Assembly (NCBI GenBank): GCA_965222605.1
Contig: OZ244960.1
Coordinates: 4,256,001-4,320,000, forward strand
Length of the DNA: 64,000 nucleotides
Source of the DNA: Candidatus Latescibacterota bacterium
GTDB lineage: Bacteria > Latescibacterota > UBA2968
Direction of reading: 5' to 3'
The notes beneath the pieces were generated by a model. The model did not search any database and was not told where the DNA came from. It was given only the letters and a program-made list of their open reading frames with translations. Positions 40,988 through 50,967 of the stretch are shown one piece after another. The translations under genes were made by a program, and so were the position numbers. Positions within the stretch are counted from its first letter, which is position 1. The number at the start of each line of letters is the position of its first letter.

Positions 40988-42283
40988 ATGACACAAAAAG
41001 ATTTGGAGCAACTCAAACCCTTTGAGGCGCGGGCAATTATTGAAGATCTCCGAAAAGGTAGCGTGCCGATTGAGTATGTGCCCTTTTTTACTGTGGGTCG
41101 CCAGAACTGGTTGAAGTTTATCGAAGAAGACCTGGATAACTACATCGCAGAGGGGGGCGCGAAGGTTCGCTTTGTCAATGGTGACTACGGCGATGGCAAA
41201 ACGCATTTTATGTCGGTTATCAAGCACCTCGCGCTTCAAAAAAAATTCGCCGTGTCTTTTGTGGTGCTCACGCGCGAAGTGCCCATACACAAATTTGAGA
41301 TTGTCTATCAAATTATTGTGCGGCAACTTTGCGGTTCTTTTGAGGGCGTTGGTATCCGACAACTCGTTGATGCGTGGGTCGAAAATCTGAAAACCGATCT
41401 GACAGATGACGCACCCCTTGAAGAACAACTTTTTTTTGTGGGCGAAAGCCTGCGTGCCCTTTCTGGGATGGATCTCAACTTTGCCAACGCTCTGATTGGG
41501 TTGGCAGACAATCGTCTCAGACCTCTCGAGGTAGGTGAAGACGAAGAGGCGCGTGCATATCAGCGGGAGATTCTCTACCAGTGGTTTGAAGGCGCGCGGG
41601 TGAGCAAGCGAGAACTCAAACCGTTCCAGATTTTTGAAGCCCTTGATAAGACCAATAGCAAGCGATTTCTGACCTCGCTCATTGTCTTTTTGCGGCATCT
41701 CAACTACAAGGGCCTCGTGCTGTTGATGGACGAATTGGAAACCGTGATCGCCCAATCGACAACCATTCGCAATGCGTCATACGAAAATGTCCGCTTGCTG
41801 ATCGACAATGCCGAGCAGGCATCTTATTTGCATATTTTTATGTCCATCATTCCCGATGTGACGCTCTCAGAAAAGGGATTTAAGTCCTATGACGCCCTGT
41901 GGAGTCGCGTGCGTTCCATTGGGGAAAGCAAAAGACTGAATTACCGCAGCGTGTTGGTAGATCTTCACAGGACGCCTTTGGAAACGAGCGAGTTGGTCAA
42001 TCTGGGACTTTGCCTGAAACGCATTCACGAACTGTCCTACCGATGGGATGCCCAGGAACAGGTTGATGAAGCGTTGCTTAAAAAGATGTGTGCAGCGCAA
42101 AAGCGCATGGGGCTTTTAAGTGAGGTTCGGCTCTATATCAAGCAAGTCATCCGCATACTCGACATGGCCGAGCAAGGTGTGCCGCCAGACGAAGATATGG
42201 ATATGGCCGAGCAACTCGTGGTCAGCCAGCGGGAAATGGATCAAGAAAAAGTTGAGCAACTTCAACCGACGTGGGATGCCTGA
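40988..42283 (+). CDS. BrxD/DUF2791-like P-loop ATPase 1
   Basis: ARAIIEDLRKGSVP...TVGR, Walker A GDYGDGKTH, Walker B LLMDELE, G.KSYDALWSR. Confidence 0.85.
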   Translation: MTQKDLEQLKPFEARAIIEDLRKGSVPIEYVPFFTVGRQNWLKFIEEDLDNYIAEGGAKVRFVNGDYGDGKTHFMSVIKHLALQKKFAVSFVVLTREVPIHKFEIVYQIIVRQLCGSFEGVGIRQLVDAWVENLKTDLTDDAPLEEQLFFVGESLRALSGMDLNFANALIGLADNRLRPLEVGEDEEARAYQREILYQWFEGARVSKRELKPFQIFEALDKTNSKRFLTSLIVFLRHLNYKGLVLLMDELETVIAQSTTIRNASYENVRLLIDNAEQASYLHIFMSIIPDVTLSEKGFKSYDALWSRVRSIGESKRLNYRSVLVDLHRTPLETSELVNLGLCLKRIHELSYRWDAQEQVDEALLKKMCAAQKRMGLLSEVRLYIKQVIRILDMAEQGVPPDEDMDMAEQLVVSQREMDQEKVEQLQPTWDA

Positions 42284-43500
42284 TGACCGACTTTCACACC
42301 CCATCCAATGAAACGGAATTCCACCTGCGGCGTGCAACAGAACGCCTGCGGGAGGGGCTTTTTGATCCGGTTGCGGTTCGCTTGCTCACAGCCCGCGAAA
42401 GCCGCCTGAACAAAATCATTGACCGCGACTTTCAAAAACTCGATCAAAATAAGGCGACCCACCTGTGCATCTGTGGGGCTTATGGACAGGGTAAATCGCA
42501 CAGTTTGAACTATATCCAGGACAGGGCCCTGCGCGAAAATTTTGTGACCAGCCTGATCAATTTGGACCCTCGAGAAATTCCCTTTCACGATATGCGACGG
42601 GTCTATCATGCCCTGGTCGCCTCTATGAGATTTCCAGACACAGACACCTCATGGGCAGCGCGATGGCGCGTTTTTGCCGCTGGCCTGCCGCACGAAGACT
42701 TTGAAGACCGGGTCGCCCCGCTTTTACACCGTGAAATGCCACACCTGTTCCGATCTGTCCTGACCGCGATGGCTCAAAAAACAATCTCCCTTTCAAAGCG
42801 ACAGCGCGGCACCAAAAAACACGCCTCATACCGCCCTCGTGAATTTCCCTACCTGCTTTCCCGCGCGCTTACAGGCGATGTGGTTCCGGTCTATCGCCTG
42901 CGCCATGCCCTCAAGTACCGACAGGTTGATTTTTACAAAGATGAATCACTTACCTGTAAAGGTGCAGAGCCTTATCTTCAAATGATTCGCGGATTGGGGC
43001 AGCTTTTCCAGATGATGGGCTACCGGGGATGGGTGTTGTTGTTTGACGAAGGAGAATCGATTTCTCAAGTGCGCGTGACCAGCCGCAGCCGCAGTTACCA
43101 GATTCTGGATCAGATGCTTTTCCCTGAAGTTCCGTCCGCATCTGTTTATCCGGTTTTTGCCTTTACAGACGACTTTTTTTACAAAGTAGATGAAGAAGAA
43201 TACGACCGCGTGCGAATCCGCAACGAAGAGGAAATTCCCTATTTTGAGAAAAATTACGCCCGTGCATGGACGGGTCTGAAACGCTATCCCCTTCAGGATT
43301 TGTCTGCCAAAGAGTGGCACGCGTTGATCGAAAAATTGATGCACTTGCATGCCAGAGCTTATCAGTGGCAGCCCGATGCCGATGTGCAGCGCGACATGAC
43401 CCGACGATTATCGCACATGCAAGGGCAGGAGACGCGCTATCGGCTCAAAGGTCTGGTCGATGAATTGGACCTCGCACATCAAGCCCAAATACTGATTTAA
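42283..43500 (+). CDS. BrxD/DUF2791-like P-loop ATPase 2
   Basis: TGATG coupling to ATPase 1; RRATERLREG, Walker A GAYGQGKSH, Walker B GWVLLFDEGE. Confidence 0.8.
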   Translation: MTDFHTPSNETEFHLRRATERLREGLFDPVAVRLLTARESRLNKIIDRDFQKLDQNKATHLCICGAYGQGKSHSLNYIQDRALRENFVTSLINLDPREIPFHDMRRVYHALVASMRFPDTDTSWAARWRVFAAGLPHEDFEDRVAPLLHREMPHLFRSVLTAMAQKTISLSKRQRGTKKHASYRPREFPYLLSRALTGDVVPVYRLRHALKYRQVDFYKDESLTCKGAEPYLQMIRGLGQLFQMMGYRGWVLLFDEGESISQVRVTSRSRSYQILDQMLFPEVPSASVYPVFAFTDDFFYKVDEEEYDRVRIRNEEEIPYFEKNYARAWTGLKRYPLQDLSAKEWHALIEKLMHLHARAYQWQPDADVQRDMTRRLSHMQGQETRYRLKGLVDELDLAHQAQILI

Positions 43501-43529
43501 ACCCTATCAGCACATGTTTTGTAACCACC

Positions 43530-46500
43530 ATGTCTGAACCTATCTCGCCTCTGCTTCAACTGCCCAATACCTGCCGCGCATTCTACGGCTCTTTTCCCCA
43601 TCTCTATCCCTTTCAAAAGCAAGCGATTGAACCGCTCTTGCAGGGCAAAGATCTGATCTTACAATCGGCAACCGGCTCTGGCAAAACCGAAGCCGTGCTG
43701 GCGCCGTGTATCGAGCGCGTGATTCAATCGGGGCGGCGACAAACCGCGCTTTATGTGGTGCCCACCCGCGCCCTGGCCGTGGATTTGGAACGCCGTTTGA
43801 CGCCTGTCTTAAAGGACAGACTCGGCCTGCAAATTGGAATACGCACGGGCGATTTCAAACGGGCGGGCGGGGCATTGCCCGATTTGTTATTGACAACGCC
43901 CGAATCTTTTGATGTGCTCATGGGCAGTCCAAATGCAGATTTAAAACAGTTTGTACAGCGCATTCGCACGGTCATTATCGATGAAGCACATCCTTTTATT
44001 CATCAGTATCGCGGGCGGCAATTATCCTATTTGCTCACGCGCTTGCAACGCCGCATCGCCCATCCCGTGCAAAAGATCGCCCTTTCCGCCACGCTTTCCG
44101 ATGTCGAGGAGGTCGCCCGTTTTTTTGGCTTCCGAACCGATACCGTTTTCCTGACCGAATCTGTCCAACGCGATATTGTCCCCCATCTGATCCATCTCAA
44201 AAACGATGAGGTCGAACTCGTCGCGCTCCTAAACGATCTCTACGAAACCTACGAGTATCGCAAAATTTTGTTATTCGCCAACAGCCGGGGGTGTTGCGAC
44301 CGGCTGTTTTCTCTTTTGTCGCGTCAGGGTGCGTTTCAAGGTGTTACTGACCTCCACTACTCCAACCTCAATGCCAGCACGCGCCGCGCCGTGGAATACC
44401 GATTTCGCCGCCGCGAACACGCCCTTTGCATTGCCACCAGCACCCTTGAACTCGGCATAGATATCGGCGATGTGGATAGCGTCTTGCTCTACGAACCGCC
44501 GGATTCCATATCGGCCTTTCTCCAGCGCATTGGTCGCTCCAACCGGCGAGAGGGGCGTACGCACTTTTGGGGAATATGCCGCGGCGCAGATGCACAGGCG
44601 CAATTGCTCAGATTTTTGGGAATGCTCAACAGGGCGCGCCGCGGCCATATTGAAACACCGCAACCCAAAACTCTGCCCAGCGTTCTCGTCCAGCAAATGC
44701 TCTCCTGCCTCTACGAAAAGAAAACTATCACGCAGTCTGCTCTTTGCGATTTGTTTCCAGACCAGCGAGATATGATCGCACCGTTGTTTGAGGCCATGGC
44801 GCGGCAACAGTGGCTGCAAAAAGATCGCGTCACGGGCCTTTTTAAGGGTGGATGGTGCTATCGCGATTGTTTTTTAGAACGGCGTATTTGGAGCAATTTT
44901 CCCGACATGGAAGAGGATTATGTGCTGGAATATGCGGGCGAAGCCATTGCAGACTTGCCCAAATTCATCGTTCGGCAATTGGAACTCGGCGACCGCGTGC
45001 AACTGACGGGCAAACGATTGCGCGTTTTGAATATTGAAACGGGTGAACGCAAAAGAGTTATTGCCCAACCCACCGATCAAATAGAAACCAAAGAGCTTTT
45101 CTGGCTGGGTGCGGGGTTTCGGGTTTCTTATGAAGTCGCACAATCGGTTCGAGATGTACTTCAGACAGATGTGCAACAAAGCGCGTCTGGCTTATTTTCC
45201 CGCACGCGAAAATTGTTCAACGATGCGGCAAAAAGGCTAAAGCGCGTGGTCGTTTTGCACAATGGCATCGAAGTTGAGCGCAGCTTGAACAACTTGTATC
45301 GCTATCGCACCTATCTCGGTTCTGTAGGCAATCTCGTGCTTCAGTGGATTATTGAACGCGATTACGGCGATCTCAAAGATTTTATGGTGACTTCCGATAG
45401 TATCGGTATCGATTGTTCTCATTGGATTGATTTTCAAACGCTCCACCTCCCACAAGACCGCGAAGATTTTGTCCAATGGGTGGCAAATCATCTCGAATCC
45501 CTGTATAGCCTGTTTCAGCTCAATGCCTTTTGCGAGGCATTGCCCGGCGCCTTGTTGGTGCAAGAAGTGACAGATTTCCTCTTTGACCCGCGCGTTGCCA
45601 AAACCTTCCAGCACTACCTGAAACACCCTTCGGAAATCGCATCTGGCGATCCTGGCCTGCTCACGGAAGATATCCATGTGACCGAATCTCACCCCATTTT
45701 TTTGGATACAAAAATACAAACCGATCTGCTCACCAGGGAAAAACAGCGGTGGCATGCGGATCGACACGCGGAACAGCCATCTGACCTACAGTATCGCCCG
45801 CGGTCACTCACGGGCACAATGGTGGGCGCGTATTTTTTGCACCATCAATGTGAACGGTGGTTGGCCCTCAATTTTGTTCCAGCTAAACAAAGGCGGTGGC
45901 GAGATAGCGATACAGATTTGGACACTCTTCGGATGGAACGGGGAAACCTGCACGAAAAACAGGTGCTGAATCGCATTCGGAATGTCTTGCACGAAGTGCC
46001 GGCCTTTGATACCAACGGCACGCGACTTTCTCTCAAATCGCGATTTGAAACAACCCGAACGCTGTTGAAAGATCTGGCACGCGACGCAACCTCCAATCAA
46101 TCTACATTTTTGTTTCAAGCTGTCCTGATCCAACCATCTGTTTTGGGACAACAAGACCACTGGGTGAGCGAGGTAGATGGCATCGGTATTCCCGATCTCA
46201 TCCGCATTTCAAAAGAAGACCGCGGCGTTGTGTTGCAAGTGGGCGATATCAAAGACAGTCGCAGGCCCTACGAGACACAAAAGTGGCAGGTTGCATTTTA
46301 CGCCTATATGCTCGACAGCTTGATCGCACAGCACGAGTTGCCCATGCGCGTGGCGTCTTCGGGATTTTTGATGCTGCGTCCCGCACAGGAAAACGAAGCC
46401 CCCGAACCGCATTTTTTTGATCTCGAACCCTACCTGGCGGCACTTCCTATGCTGTTTCGAAATATGGGCAACGTATTGCAACGCGCACCTGCCCGCGCGC

Positions 46501-49211
46501 GTTATCACCTCCAAACCCACTGTACGGGGTGCCCCAATTTTGAGGCGTGTTATCGGGAAGCACTTCAGACAGAGGATATTCACCTTTTGCCGCATCTGAG
46601 CGCGGGGACGTTGCAAAAGTTTCGCCAATGCGGTCTCAAAACTATGGCATCTGCCCATGCGTGGTTTGAATCTGCGTCCGCTTCAGAAGGCGATCTTTTC
46701 AGCCCACATCAAAAAACACAACTTTCGGGTCAACTCGCCGCGCTTCAGGCAAATAAAATTGGTCTAAAGAAAGAAAAAACGCGGTTTTATCCGAGCAATC
46801 TGTCCACCGCCATTTTCATATATGTCGTCGAAGATCCCCTTTCTGGGCTCCCACGCGCGATAGGTTGGCGCGCTGTGCAGGGGGCAACGGTGGTCGAGAA
46901 CCATATCTGGCATGTCGCATCGGAGCGCGAGTTATCAGAGGCATTGCAGGACTTCACAGCGCGTTTTTTGTCCGTCTGGAATCAGAGCATCAAAGGCGGA
47001 CGGGGACCGCATATCTTTCATTTTGGAGCGCGTTGCTGGCAAACTTTTGAAGAATGGTGCGAGTCATCAGAAGACCTGTCTTTTTTGTTTTTGCCCCATC
47101 GCAACCACCGAACAGATTTGCAAAAGCTGATCGCGTCGCACTTCGACTTTCCAATGCCGGGAAATCCGACGCTTTTTGCCCTCAATCGCCTGTTGGGTCT
47201 CAATGCCGAACTTCCCGAACCGCAAAGTCTGTTTCATTTTGATGACGACGAATGGATACAAAATGAAGACGAAAAAAAAATGGTTGACTATCTCAACGCG
47301 GTATTGAGCCTGAAAATATCGCTGTGGCAATGGACATCATCGCACTTGACGAGCGATTGGGAACAAGACGAATGGAAAGATGAGGAACACAGCCCGCAAA
47401 CGGCCTATTTAAATTTTCTATCAGAGGAGCAGCGGCTCCGCGAAGAAGATGTGCTCGCCTTGCAAGCCCTGCCACTGTCAGAACGCGTTGAACGCTTTCG
47501 CGCGATTGGTCCCATCCGTTTTCGGAAAACGACGCTTGACGACGAAGGCCGCTTCCTCTACGAATTTCAAACAGAAGCGGGCCTCTCAAAATTTCGCGCG
47601 GGCGATTTTCTCAAACTTGCACCTGTTGGCCTGTTAGATGTGCAAAACGGTTTGTCCGTCATCCTGACAGATCACAGCTCGGAACGCCTGTGGGTGCAGT
47701 CTCGGCAGGGACGATTGGCCTTAAACGAGAGACTTTTGTATTCTCTGGAAGAGGACCTGACCGATTGGAATGGCCCTCGCCTGGTTCACGCTGTTCAGGC
47801 TGTTTTTTTCGAAGATCATTTCCACCTCCTATCCAAGCTATTTTCTGGCACCTGGCGCACGGCAAGAGAACCCGACGCGCTGAGATGGGTGCATAATTGG
47901 ATGCGCGGATTTGGCGCGATATCCGGACTCAATGCAATGCAACAACAGGCACTATCATTGCCTTTTAAGCATCGCTTGAGCCTGATTGAAGGGCCGCCAG
48001 GAACGGGTAAAACACACTTATTGGGCTGGATATTGGTTGCATTGATTCTGCATGCTCAAGAGCAGGGCAGACCGCTGCGTATTGCCGTCAGCGCGTTGAC
48101 GCATCAGGCCATTGACCAGGTGCTGAAAAAAGTGGTCGCGCTCGTCAAACAACACGGCTTGCAGGGCTTTCCCGCCCGATGCTTCAAATTGGGACGGTGG
48201 GATTTGACAGAGCGCGGGGTAGAACCCTTAGAGGATGTGGAAACACTCGCAGAATCTCCTTATGCAATTGTAGGTGCCACGGGATTTGGTCTCTATCAGC
48301 TACTCGAAGGTCGCAAAGGGACTTTCCCGCAGGTATTTGATTGGGTTGTGTTTGATGAGGCATCTCAAATGCTCATTCCCCAGGCCCTGTTGAGCCTGCT
48401 CTATGGCAAGGGAAATTTTCTGTTTGCCGGAGATACAAAACAATTACCGCCCATTGTCCTGGGAGATTACAAAGGGAAGGAAATGAGCATACATCATTCC
48501 GCGCTGTCCCATCTTATCAATCAATACGATCCCTCGCACCGCGTTCGATTGGATCGCACGTATCGGATGAACGAAGACCTGTGTTCTTTTCCCAGTCACA
48601 TGTGGTATGACCGCGATCTTCGCGCCCACGCTGGCAATGCACAAAACCGACTCGTGCTGCAACATACCGACCACCGCGATCTTTTAGACCGCGTTCTCGA
48701 TCTCAAAAAACCAGTTGTACTCCTCATCGTAGATCACCAGGGCCACCACCAGAAATCCGATGAGGAAATTGAGATTACAACCCAACTCGCTCATCGCCTG
48801 ATTGCCGAACACGGTTTGGATCCCGATCAAATCGCGCTGATTTCTCCCCACCGCGCACAAAACAACGCCACTGCGGACCGCCTCACACAGCGACTTGGAG
48901 ATGCCAACGCCAAACTGCCCTTAATCGATACGGTAGAACGCGTGCAAGGCGCAGAGCGCGATGTGATTTTGTATGCGTTCACCACCTCCGATCCCGACTA
49001 TGTCTCCAGCCCATTTTTGAACAACCCAAATCGCTTTAATGTGGCAATCACACGCGCCCGACAAAAGCTGATTGTGGTGGGCAGCAAAGCATTTTTCTCT
49101 GCCATTCCACAAACAGAGGACGCCTTAAAAGCCAACCGCTGTTTTAAGGCGTTTTACGAATTTTGTCGAGAACGAGATAGCCTCTTTTTTTTGGGTGGAA
49201 CTAACTCCTAA
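43530..49211 (+). CDS. 1893-aa fusion: Lhr-like SF2 helicase, PD-(D/E)XK RecB-like nuclease and Upf1/DNA2-like SF1 helicase
   Basis: SF2: ATGSGKT, PTRAL, DEAH, SAT, QRIGRSNR. Nuclease: GIPDL...GDIK...QVAFY with a C...CxxCxxxxxC pattern. SF1: GPPGTGKT, DEASQ, GDTKQLPP, YRM, QGAERD, RFNVAITRAR. Confidence 0.9.
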   Translation: MSEPISPLLQLPNTCRAFYGSFPHLYPFQKQAIEPLLQGKDLILQSATGSGKTEAVLAPCIERVIQSGRRQTALYVVPTRALAVDLERRLTPVLKDRLGLQIGIRTGDFKRAGGALPDLLLTTPESFDVLMGSPNADLKQFVQRIRTVIIDEAHPFIHQYRGRQLSYLLTRLQRRIAHPVQKIALSATLSDVEEVARFFGFRTDTVFLTESVQRDIVPHLIHLKNDEVELVALLNDLYETYEYRKILLFANSRGCCDRLFSLLSRQGAFQGVTDLHYSNLNASTRRAVEYRFRRREHALCIATSTLELGIDIGDVDSVLLYEPPDSISAFLQRIGRSNRREGRTHFWGICRGADAQAQLLRFLGMLNRARRGHIETPQPKTLPSVLVQQMLSCLYEKKTITQSALCDLFPDQRDMIAPLFEAMARQQWLQKDRVTGLFKGGWCYRDCFLERRIWSNFPDMEEDYVLEYAGEAIADLPKFIVRQLELGDRVQLTGKRLRVLNIETGERKRVIAQPTDQIETKELFWLGAGFRVSYEVAQSVRDVLQTDVQQSASGLFSRTRKLFNDAAKRLKRVVVLHNGIEVERSLNNLYRYRTYLGSVGNLVLQWIIERDYGDLKDFMVTSDSIGIDCSHWIDFQTLHLPQDREDFVQWVANHLESLYSLFQLNAFCEALPGALLVQEVTDFLFDPRVAKTFQHYLKHPSEIASGDPGLLTEDIHVTESHPIFLDTKIQTDLLTREKQRWHADRHAEQPSDLQYRPRSLTGTMVGAYFLHHQCERWLALNFVPAKQRRWRDSDTDLDTLRMERGNLHEKQVLNRIRNVLHEVPAFDTNGTRLSLKSRFETTRTLLKDLARDATSNQSTFLFQAVLIQPSVLGQQDHWVSEVDGIGIPDLIRISKEDRGVVLQVGDIKDSRRPYETQKWQVAFYAYMLDSLIAQHELPMRVASSGFLMLRPAQENEAPEPHFFDLEPYLAALPMLFRNMGNVLQRAPARARYHLQTHCTGCPNFEACYREALQTEDIHLLPHLSAGTLQKFRQCGLKTMASAHAWFESASASEGDLFSPHQKTQLSGQLAALQANKIGLKKEKTRFYPSNLSTAIFIYVVEDPLSGLPRAIGWRAVQGATVVENHIWHVASERELSEALQDFTARFLSVWNQSIKGGRGPHIFHFGARCWQTFEEWCESSEDLSFLFLPHRNHRTDLQKLIASHFDFPMPGNPTLFALNRLLGLNAELPEPQSLFHFDDDEWIQNEDEKKMVDYLNAVLSLKISLWQWTSSHLTSDWEQDEWKDEEHSPQTAYLNFLSEEQRLREEDVLALQALPLSERVERFRAIGPIRFRKTTLDDEGRFLYEFQTEAGLSKFRAGDFLKLAPVGLLDVQNGLSVILTDHSSERLWVQSRQGRLALNERLLYSLEEDLTDWNGPRLVHAVQAVFFEDHFHLLSKLFSGTWRTAREPDALRWVHNWMRGFGAISGLNAMQQQALSLPFKHRLSLIEGPPGTGKTHLLGWILVALILHAQEQGRPLRIAVSALTHQAIDQVLKKVVALVKQHGLQGFPARCFKLGRWDLTERGVEPLEDVETLAESPYAIVGATGFGLYQLLEGRKGTFPQVFDWVVFDEASQMLIPQALLSLLYGKGNFLFAGDTKQLPPIVLGDYKGKEMSIHHSALSHLINQYDPSHRVRLDRTYRMNEDLCSFPSHMWYDRDLRAHAGNAQNRLVLQHTDHRDLLDRVLDLKKPVVLLIVDHQGHHQKSDEEIEITTQLAHRLIAEHGLDPDQIALISPHRAQNNATADRLTQRLGDANAKLPLIDTVERVQGAERDVILYAFTTSDPDYVSSPFLNNPNRFNVAITRARQKLIVVGSKAFFSAIPQTEDALKANRCFKAFYEFCRERDSLFFLGGTNS

Positions 49212-49326
49212 CCCCTAACACTTTGTTCCATCCGAGATGGCTATTGTGAACATATCGTTCAATACATGTTTGCTTTGATGTGGTGTAATTTTTTTTATAA
49301 CAATAAGTTATTGCTCCGGACGGTTC

Positions 49327-49341
49327 TGGCATAATCCTTGC
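49327..49341 (+). promoter_or_regulatory. Putative sigma54 promoter upstream of comM
   Basis: TGGCATAATCCTTGC (GG-N10-GC) about 50 bp upstream of the start; IHF-like TAACAATAAGTTA just upstream. Confidence 0.6.
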
Positions 49342-49391
49342 CTGATTGTAGTGCTTCTTTCAGTTGGTTCCTTTCAGGCAAGGAGGTTTTG

Positions 49392-50930
49392 ATGACTGCG
49401 CGTGTGTTGAGTTGTGCAACACTGGGTATTGATGCGTATATCGTGCATATTGAGGCGGATATTTCGCGTCGGCTTCCCTCGTTTTCAGTGGTGGGTTTGC
49501 CCGATAGTGCTGTGAAGGAAAGCCGGGACCGGGTGATGGCTGCGATTAAAAATGCCGGGCGAACATTTCCAAATAATCGGATTACGGTGAATTTGGCACC
49601 GGCAGATATCCGAAAAGAAGGCTCGGCATTTGATTTGCCGATTGCCATAGGCATTATTGCCGCAATGAGCGGTTCAATTTCACCCGAGAAGCTGTCGCAA
49701 TATCTCATTTTGGGCGAGTTGGCTTTAGATGGCAGGGTGCGTCCTGTGCGCGGTGCGCTGTCAATGGCTGTGGAAGCCAAAAAGGCGGGCTTAAAAGGGT
49801 TGCTCATTCCTGTGGAAAATGCGCGGGAGGCGGCGATTACCGGCGATTTGAATGTTTTGCCGGTGCGCGATTTGGGTGAGGCACTGGATTTTTTGGAGGA
49901 CTACTGCGATATTATGCCCTTTGAAGTCAATAGCAAAGCGATTTTCCGGCAGGCGCGGACCCATCGGGTGGATTTTAAGGATGTGCGCGGACAAGAACAT
50001 GCAAAGCGCGCGCTGGAGGTGGCGGCGGCGGGCGCGCATAACGCGATTCTTATGGGGCCACCCGGGTCGGGGAAGACGATGCTCGCCAGAAGATTGCCGA
50101 CCATTTTACCCGATCTGACCCTGGACGAGGCACTGCAGACGACAAAAATTCACTCGGTGGCGGGGTTGCTGCCACCCGATACGGCAGTGGTGGCGATAAG
50201 GCCCTTTCGGTCGCCGCATCACACGATTTCAGATGCGGGATTGATCGGCGGTGGTCCCTATCCCCGACCGGGAGAAGTGTCGATGGCACATCACGGGGTG
50301 CTGTTTTTGGATGAGCTTCCCGAATTTAAGAAACAGGTTTTGGAGTCCCTGCGCCAACCTATTGAGGACAGTTTTGTGACGATTGCACGGGCGGCGATAT
50401 CGCTTTCATATCCCGCGCAGTTTATGCTCGTTTGCGCTATGAATCCGTGTCCATGCGGGTATTTGGGCGATCCACACCACGAGTGTATTTGCTCGCCACC
50501 TGTGATCCAACGCTATATCAATCGAATCTCGGGACCGTTGATGGATCGCATTGATATTCACGTAGAAGCCCCGGCTGTGCAGTATGAAGAACTGGTCAAT
50601 GAACCCGCTGGCGAGTCTTCCGCAGAGGTTCGCAAGCGCGTGCAAGCCGCCCGGCAAATGCAATTGGAACGGTTTGGGGATTATACAGATTTGTTTAGCA
50701 ACGCGCACATGGGGCCGCGAGAGATTCGGTTGTTTTGTAAAATAGATGATAAGAGCCAGGAGTTGCTGCGGATGGCGATTACGCGATTGGGGCTGTCGGC
50801 GCGGGCTTATGATCGAATCCTGAAGGCGAGCCGCACGATAGCAGACCTGGAGGGTGAAGAGGATATCCAGTCGCGCCATGTTGCCGAGGCGATTCAATAT
50901 CGCAGTCTGGACAGGAGATTGTGGGAGTGA
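49392..50930 (+). CDS. comM: YifB/ComM Mg-chelatase-like AAA+ ATPase
   Basis: VGLPDSAVKESRDRV, GPPGSGKTMLA, RPFRSPHH, LFLDELPEF and MNPCPCG motifs; AGGAGG RBS. Confidence 0.93.
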   Translation: MTARVLSCATLGIDAYIVHIEADISRRLPSFSVVGLPDSAVKESRDRVMAAIKNAGRTFPNNRITVNLAPADIRKEGSAFDLPIAIGIIAAMSGSISPEKLSQYLILGELALDGRVRPVRGALSMAVEAKKAGLKGLLIPVENAREAAITGDLNVLPVRDLGEALDFLEDYCDIMPFEVNSKAIFRQARTHRVDFKDVRGQEHAKRALEVAAAGAHNAILMGPPGSGKTMLARRLPTILPDLTLDEALQTTKIHSVAGLLPPDTAVVAIRPFRSPHHTISDAGLIGGGPYPRPGEVSMAHHGVLFLDELPEFKKQVLESLRQPIEDSFVTIARAAISLSYPAQFMLVCAMNPCPCGYLGDPHHECICSPPVIQRYINRISGPLMDRIDIHVEAPAVQYEELVNEPAGESSAEVRKRVQAARQMQLERFGDYTDLFSNAHMGPREIRLFCKIDDKSQELLRMAITRLGLSARAYDRILKASRTIADLEGEEDIQSRHVAEAIQYRSLDRRLWE

Positions 50931-50967
50931 GATCACAATTGTAAAACTATGTCCAGGACGGTATATT

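Noticed and set aside
40988-49211. Calling the cassette BREX or canonical Shango
   Set aside because: No pglZ, pglX or brxC, and no recognisable TerB-domain gene; only the ATPase-helicase module is shared.
49201-49221. Degenerate heptamer runs (CTAACTC CTAACCC CTAACAC; similar at 11626 and 23387) as cassette boundaries
   Set aside because: Too short and scattered; no matching att-like repeat was found at the other end of the cassette.
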